Source: Eledone cirrhosa (Eukaryota). Taken from it: DNA of 64,000 bases. A program made the translations under genes and the position numbers. Shown here piece by piece: positions 57,490 through 64,000 of this stretch. The DNA is taken from the NCBI GenBank assembly GCA_964016885.1, contig OZ024756.1, positions 8,494,001 to 8,558,000 on the forward strand, given 5' to 3'. Each line of letters opens with the position of its first letter. Position 1 is the first letter of the stretch. The notes beneath the pieces were generated by a model that made no database searches, had not been told where the DNA came from, and saw only the letters and a list, made by a program, of their open reading frames with translations.

Positions 57490-60400
57490 CAGAGGTTTTT
57501 AAACTTTTGGGATCACACACCCCCACCTCACAGCCACGTAATACCCTCGCCCCACCCCTATTTCCAGAGAGACCTACCTACACACAAATTATAACTAATA
57601 TAATATATCATCATCAAGTCGAGCTTGCTCGGCTTTCTACGACACGTTTCCTCCATCCATCTCTGTCTCTCATAGCGTTTGCCAGTTCTTCCGCAGTGCA
57701 TCCAGTATCGTCCTCAAGTTGCTTGACGTATGTCTTCTTGGGACCACCAGCGTTTCTTGCTCCATGAGATGGACTCCATAACAACACATCACCTGCTATT
57801 TCTTCCTTGCTGCGCCAACAGTGGCCAGCAAATCTGAGTCTCTGTCCACGTATTGACCTGCTGATAGGTGGTATATTGCCATAGAGATCCTTATTTGTTG
57901 AGTGTTCCCTCCAAGATATGTTTAAAGCAGCGCGGAGCATATGTGTGTATGCCCCGTCTAACTTTTTCTCTAGTTTCGACGTTAGCGTCCAAGTGATAGA
58001 GCCATAAACAAGCACAGACTCCACAGCAGCTCTGAAGAAATTCCTTTTCAGTTTGGCCGCCAGGTTTGATTTCCATATTTTTTCTATTGCATTCAATGCT
58101 CCCCAGGCTTTTCCCAGTCTGATGTTAACATCATGTTCTATGGAGGCGATATAGCTACCCAGGTATTTGAAGTACCAACTTGCTTGATTATATCGCCGTT
58201 TAGACTTCGCATACCAACTGAGGAGTCTTGGTTCAGGCAAATATATTCTGTTTTGCCTGCGTTGACATAGAGTCCGATTTCCCTTGCAACTGATTCGATG
58301 CTGTGAAGTAGTGATGTTGAATCCTTAAGGTAGTCAGCGAGGACCGCTAAATCATCCGCATAGTCAGCATCGGTGATTTTCTGAGCTGCATGGCATCTAC
58401 ACTTTCGCTTTGTGAGAGTGAAACCAAGCTCTAAGTTTTCGTCCAGGGCTTTTCTCAATACATAGTCGAGGCAGATGATAAAAATATATGGTGCAAGAGT
58501 ATCCCCTTGGAGTACTCCTGCAATGATGTCAAAGAAGTTATCTCCATCAGGTGAGCGCACCATTGCGCAGGTGTTTTTATATAACATCATGATGGCATTT
58601 ACTGTTTCCTTTGGCAAGCCGTAGGGTAGAAGTATCTCTCTCATCCTCCCACGATGGATGGAATCGAACGCTTTTGAAAAGTCAATAATCAGGAGAGTTG
58701 CTGGGAGGTTTTTGGCTTTTACGCCTTCCAAGATACGCCGAATTGTAAGTATTTACCCCGATGTTGATCTGTTGGTGCGGAAGCCATTTTGGTTTTTTCT
58801 CAGCAAGGGGTCAATGACAGGTCTTATTCTGTCAAACAGCATGAGATTGTATATCTTTGCGGCAATTGCCATTAGTGTTACGCCACAGTAGTTTTTAGCC
58901 ATTCCAAGATCGCCCTTTTTGGGAAAAGGGAGTGTACATCCCTCAGTCCATTTGTCTATGGGGTCTTGATTATAGACACCATTACACAACTCTAGTAGGA
59001 TTGGGTGAAATTCAGGTACCTTCCACACTTCAGCTGGGATCTCGTCGAGTCCGCAAGCTTTTCCGTTACCAATACTTTACACTGCCTTCTGTAGTTCCTC
59101 CATAGTGAAAGGACCTTTTTGTATTTGGTGTTCCTCTGTAAAAACGGCTATTATTTCTTCTTCGATGATCTGTGGTGCTTTGCCAAGTAGGTTCTGAAAA
59201 TGTTGTTGCCACAGTTTTAAACATTTGTCTTGGCTGGAGGCTTTCAGTTTGGCTCTGTCACTACTTTTTCTGCCACTAATTTCATTGACAGTTTTCCAGG
59301 CTTCAGCAGACTTCTTATTGCTGACAGTACTCGAGATATGATTGATCTTTCTCTGCATGTATTCGGCTTGCTCAATTTCATACTCACTTTTCAATGATGT
59401 ACAAGCAGCACTGAAGTTACTAATGTTTTCTGGAGATGGTTGAGTGTCTCAATTCTGCTGCTTTTCGCAACTCTTTGCGCTTTTGGCGTATCCTCTGTTT
59501 CGCATCGTTTTTTTAACATACACGGAGAAAACAACCAACCCGACTTGTACACGGAAAGAAAGACATCTTTGCTGGTACACTCAATGTTCAAACACTCCAG
59601 AAAGACCATAAAATCCCTGAACTGATTGCTTCAGCAGGGGGCAACCAACTATGATGTTATCTGTCTTCAGGAGCACCGGTTCATACATGAAGAGCTTGTA
59701 ACAAAGGAGCAAATATTCGGCAATTGGAGGCTGATAACCTGCTCAGCTTGGAAAAACAACATAAATGCAGCAAATGGTGGAGTTGGAATGCTTTTCAGTC
59801 CGCGAGCCTATGATGCACTTGCGAGTGTTGAAATGATAACATCAAGGATAATGATAGCTACGTTTAACGGGAATCCTGAAACCACTGTCATCTCTTGCTA
59901 TAGTCCAACAAATGTATGTGACATGGCCGAAGTAGAGAGGTTCTACATGGAACTAACATCACTCACTGGACAAATCCCGAAACATAATGTTCTCATCATT
60001 GGCGGAGACTTCAACGCGTGTCTTGGACAGCTTGATGGATTCAGATTCTCATACCACTCACAAACCAATAGAAACGGTTGTGTGAGAACAATTTACGATG
60101 TCTCAAAAAAGACCAGGCCAGCGGTGGACTCACAAATCTCCAAATGGCGACAAGACACAACTGGATTATATCATAATCAATCGAAAATGGAAGAACAGCG
60201 CAAAAAACTGCAGAGCATATGACTCATTTGTTAGTATTGACTCGGATCATCGCATTGTCTCGGCTAGGATACGATTAGGTCTCCGAGTGGATAAAAAGAA
60301 ATCTGCAAATGCTACTCCTTACAACTGGGCAGTTCTGAATACCAATCCTGAGACTTACAAAACCTTTGTAACCCAACTGAGCAACCAATTTGCTACGCTA

Positions 60401-60646
60401 CAAGACTCTGCGCCAACAAAATCGTCAAATTCTACATTTAACCACTTTCAAATTGCATTCAAAGAGGCAGCGGCCTACACCATATAATATATACTATGTA
60501 TAAATATATATTATATATTTTTATTTTACTATATTTGTATATATGTATCATTTCATATTTAATATACTATTACCATCTCTCGCCCCCTCCCCCGGACCTT
60601 CTCAAGGCCCCTTGAGGGGCGGTGGCACTAATTTTGAGAATCTCTG
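57490..60646. mobile_element. hAT/Charlie-like MITE split by an RTE insertion
   Basis: TIRs cagaggtttttaaa (57490) and tttgagaatctctg (ends 60646). The 8-bp flanks ccctagat/ctctagac resemble the NTCTAGAN target. Confidence 0.7.
57609..60481 (-). mobile_element. RTE family D copy with inverted 5' segment
   Basis: 57609-59517 (minus) equals 21478-23360, and 59515-60483 (plus) equals 20507-21462. TSD atataatatat at 57598-57608 and 60482-60492. Confidence 0.92.
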
Positions 60647-61680
60647 CTCTAGACAGATCGGAAGGTGAGAGGGAGACTGCCCCTTTCTTAGATTTTTTTT
60701 TCCATTTTGGCATGATTTCTACAGCTGGAAGCCATTTCTAACGACATCCGACATTCAGACGTGACAATAGGAAGAGTTAACCTTAGAGGACAGAAAGCTT
60801 ACACTTAAGGCTGTATTGCTATGAGACATTTTAGATGCAAATGGACGTATAATAACCTGCCAGAAATAGCAACCACTGTCTTTAAAAAAAGTGTCTTTTG
60901 TATTTTAATTTCGTTATTGAAAATCTTTTGTTCTTTAAAGCATAATTAAAACTTTGGTGGTCCCTTATTTAAAGAATTTTTACTGTTGAAGATGAATTTT
61001 AAAGAGTGTTTATTTATGGAGAATAAAAAGTCATATTGGTTGGAATTTTGCTGTTCCCACCAACCCCCTCACCTGTTTTTTGTCCAGCAAAGGACTCAGC
61101 AATCACTCTTGGGGTAATGTCACACCGGAATACACCCATTACACTCTGTAAGTGGTAGTGCTGGTGCTATGATACCTGGCCCAGTCTGTAAAGTGGTAAG
61201 TGTTAGGGTTATTGTTGCCCTGTTAGGTGGTAGTGGCAATATACCCAGTACACACAGTGAAGTGGTTGGCATTAGGAAGGGCAGCTAGCCATAGAAACCA
61301 TGCCAAAAATGGAATGTATGAGTGTGACAACCCATCTAATACATAAATAATACAATCACACGCACACATATAGACCTACACATGCACATATATAGACATA
61401 TTCACATACATACTCATGCACATATATAGACATATTCACATACATACTCATGCACATATATAGGCACGCATATACATACACCCATCCATACACGTACTCA
61501 TTCAAATACACGTGTACATGCATACACACTCGTGCACTTCCATACACACGCACATCCATATCCATACACATACAGACACAGTCTATTGTTACAGTCTCTG
61601 TTTTCTACTGTTGTCACTTAAACTGATGGTTTTATTGATATTAAGATCTTATCTTTACAGTTGACTCTTGTCATTCAATC

Positions 61681-61768
61681 ATGACTTCACATGAAATAAC
61701 ATCTTTAACAGATGATCAGTTAAGATCTACCCTTGTAGAATACAATGTCACAGTTGGTCCTATCACAG
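61681..61768 (+). CDS. First coding exon of a LEM-domain protein (emerin/LAP2/ANKLE2-like)
   Basis: Acceptor tctttacag ends 61660 and ATG is at 61681. Translation MTSHEITSLTDDQLRSTLVEYNVTVGPIT fits the LEM pattern L(S/T)DxxLxxxLxxY...GPIT. Donor G/gtaagt at 61768/61769 (phase 1). Confidence 0.85.
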
Positions 61769-61915
61769 GTAAGTTTTCCTATCTTTGTTGCTTTCTTAAA
61801 TTAACAGAAAAATAGAAAAACACTCCCTCAGCTGGTGGCAAGTTGTTGTTTTCTTTATTTTTTTTATTTGTGTATTTTCCTAGCTGTAAGATCATGTACT
61901 CTCTCTCTCTCTCTC

Positions 61916-61951
<36 letters not shown>

Positions 61952-62063
61952 TTCAAGAAAAACCAATCTTAAAGAGAGAGATTGAGATAGTAGAGGAGAT
62001 ATGAGAGGAAAGATTTAATAATGTCTTCCTTGTGAAACTTGTGGTCTTGTTTTGCTTAACTAA

Positions 62064-62122
<59 letters not shown>

Positions 62123-62123
<1 letters not shown>

Positions 62124-62340
62124 GTCCCACCCTTGCAAGCAGGGAAAAGCGGAAGTAAAATGATGATGATGATGATATGTGGCATATTGGCAGAGTCGTT
62201 CAAACCTCGAATAGAATGCTTTATGGTATTTACTTCTGCTCTCCGAGTTCAAAACCTGTTGAGGTCCACTTTCATCCTTTCAAGGGTGATAAAAAAAATA
62301 CCAATCTACTGGGGTCAATTCTTCCGCCTCCTAGTAGAAA
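62123..62340 (+). mobile_element. RTE-A tail fragment followed by a degenerate S1 SINE
   Basis: gtcccacccttgcaagcagggaaaagcgg..(tga)n, then ttggcagagtcgtt...ctttcatcctttcaagggtgataaaa. Confidence 0.7.
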
Positions 62341-62584
62341 TCTGATGTACTCAGGCTTGGAGAGGGATGGGCTTTGTCTGGCTTAATATGCCCAAGAAAT
62401 GCCATACAACTTTACGACTCAGGAGTTATGGGATCATATATGTATGTGTGTCTATATATACACACACATATATACAAATAAGTGTTAGATCATGTACAAT
62501 ATGTATGTTCAGCTATCTCTCGAGTTTTCTTTACAATTAAGTTGTCCTCCTCGAGCCTGCAAATTTTGAACTGGACATCAACAT

Positions 62585-63106
62585 AGCATGTTGCTACTTA
62601 AAGCTGGGGTATTGACCACATGGCGGGCTGGGAGCCTGTATCTCTTGGAGTGGTCATCTGTCAGCCATGTTGCTACTAAAAGCTGAGGTATTGACCACAT
62701 GGCGGGCTGGGAGCCTGTATCTCTTGGAGTGGTCATCAGTCAGCCATGTTGCTACTTAAAGCTGAAGTATTGACCACATGGCGGGCTGGGAGCCTGTATC
62801 TCTTGGAGTGGTCATCAGTCAGCCATGTTGCTACTTAAAGCTGAAGTATTGACCACATGGCGGGCTGGGAGCCTATATCTCTTGGAGTGGTCATCAGTCA
62901 GCCATGGCTACTAAAAGCTGAGGTATTCACCCGACTGGGCTGGGAGCCTGTATCTCTTGGAGTGGTCATCAGTCAGCCATGGCTACTAAAAGCTGAGGTA
63001 TTCACCCGACTGGGCTGGGAGCCTGTATCTCTTGGAGTGGTCATCAGTCAGCCATGTTGCTACTAAAAGCTGAGGTATTCACCCGACTGGGCTGGGAGCC
63101 TGTATC
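62585..63106. repeat. Minisatellite, 79/75-bp unit, ~6.7 copies
   Basis: agccatg recurs at 62663, 62742, 62821, 62900, 62975 and 63050. Confidence 0.95.
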
Positions 63107-63660
63107 TTGCTTACATACATTTTTGCAACCCTACTGAGTGCACAGACAGACCAACAGTCCACAACTCTCTTAGATATAACCCTGTGCAGTACCAAGTGCA
63201 TTCTATCGTGACACCAGCATCAGAATGGCTGTTATGAATTAGCAAAGCAAAGAGTAAAAGAAAATGGTATGTTTGGCAATGAACTGAAAGTTTTTTGTTG
63301 GGATGCTGTCATTGATGCCATTGTGGCCAGCAGCACTAGTTCTGACATGTCACTGTTGTATTGGATGATGTTCCCTGCAAAATACAGCATGGTCATAATG
63401 CATTGTGTAATGGTTTGGATGTTTGGTGTACGATGTTGTTGGTTCCTGTGTTGTGTCCTTGAGCAAAACACTTTATTTCATGTTGTTCCAGTACCCTCAA
63501 CTGAGATGAGAACCAGTGAGTTATGTACTGTCACTTTGTGTCGAGGAAACTGGAGATAAGCCTTTGGCTTAGAACAGCTTTTATTATAGGAATACATTTG
63601 ATCAGATCTAACATGAGGCTAAACTACATCAATACAATAGATTGAGTCTATGCCTGCTTA

Positions 63661-64000
63661 GGTTGGACAGGTCCTTCTCGGCATCTCTCCACTTGCCTGC
63701 ATGGGTTGGACAGGTCCTTCTCAGCACAGCATCTCTCCACTTGCCTACATATGTTGGACAGGTCCTTCTCAGCACAGCATCTCTCCACTTGCCTGCATGG
63801 GTTGGACAGGTCCTTCTCATCACAGCACCTCTCCACTTGCCTGCATAGGTTGGACAGGTCCTTCTCATCACAGCACCTCTCCACTTGCCTCCATGGGTTT
63901 GACAGGTCCTTCTCATCACAGCACCTCTCCACTTGCCTGCATGGGTTGGACAGGTCCTTCTCATCACAGCAGCTCTCCACTTGCCTGCATGGGTTGGACA
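63661..64000. repeat. 48-bp minisatellite derived from an RTE-A 3' end, running off the window
   Basis: Unit ggttggacaggtccttctcagcacagcatctctccacttgcctgcatg matches 1719-1759. Confidence 0.9.

Noticed and set aside
60700-61340. Old SINE/RTE-UTR fragments (ttctacagctgg; ggttggcattaggaagggc)
   Set aside because: Too degenerate to assign boundaries or family.
62585-63106. CRISPR-like array
   Set aside because: There are no unique spacers, the units are contiguous and the context is eukaryotic.

Overview
AT-rich eukaryotic DNA, probably from an octopus or other coleoid cephalopod (inferred only from the SINE/RTE repertoire). It is dominated by (TA)n/(CA)n microsatellites and retroelements, and most ORFs in the supplied track are microsatellite artefacts. 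The centrepiece is an intact-looking Penelope-like element (PLE, Naiad-type; 813-aa RT + GIY-YIG). It forms a 13-kb fold-back (3941-16879) with ~6.07-kb near-identical inverted arms, a 6597-bp unit offset and a hammerhead ribozyme (HHR). Reading both strands shows about nine sequence-unrelated families of type-I HHR motifs, several degenerate. They lie in small, mostly non-coding palindromic or partial-tandem elements that share the tail-outward architecture and usually end in (TA)n. Also present: several RTE LINE families, one copy with a twin-priming-type 5' inversion and 11-bp TSD nested in a hAT MITE; two SINE families; a Helitron-like element; local segmental duplications; two minisatellites; and one host coding exon encoding the start of a LEM domain (61681-61768).
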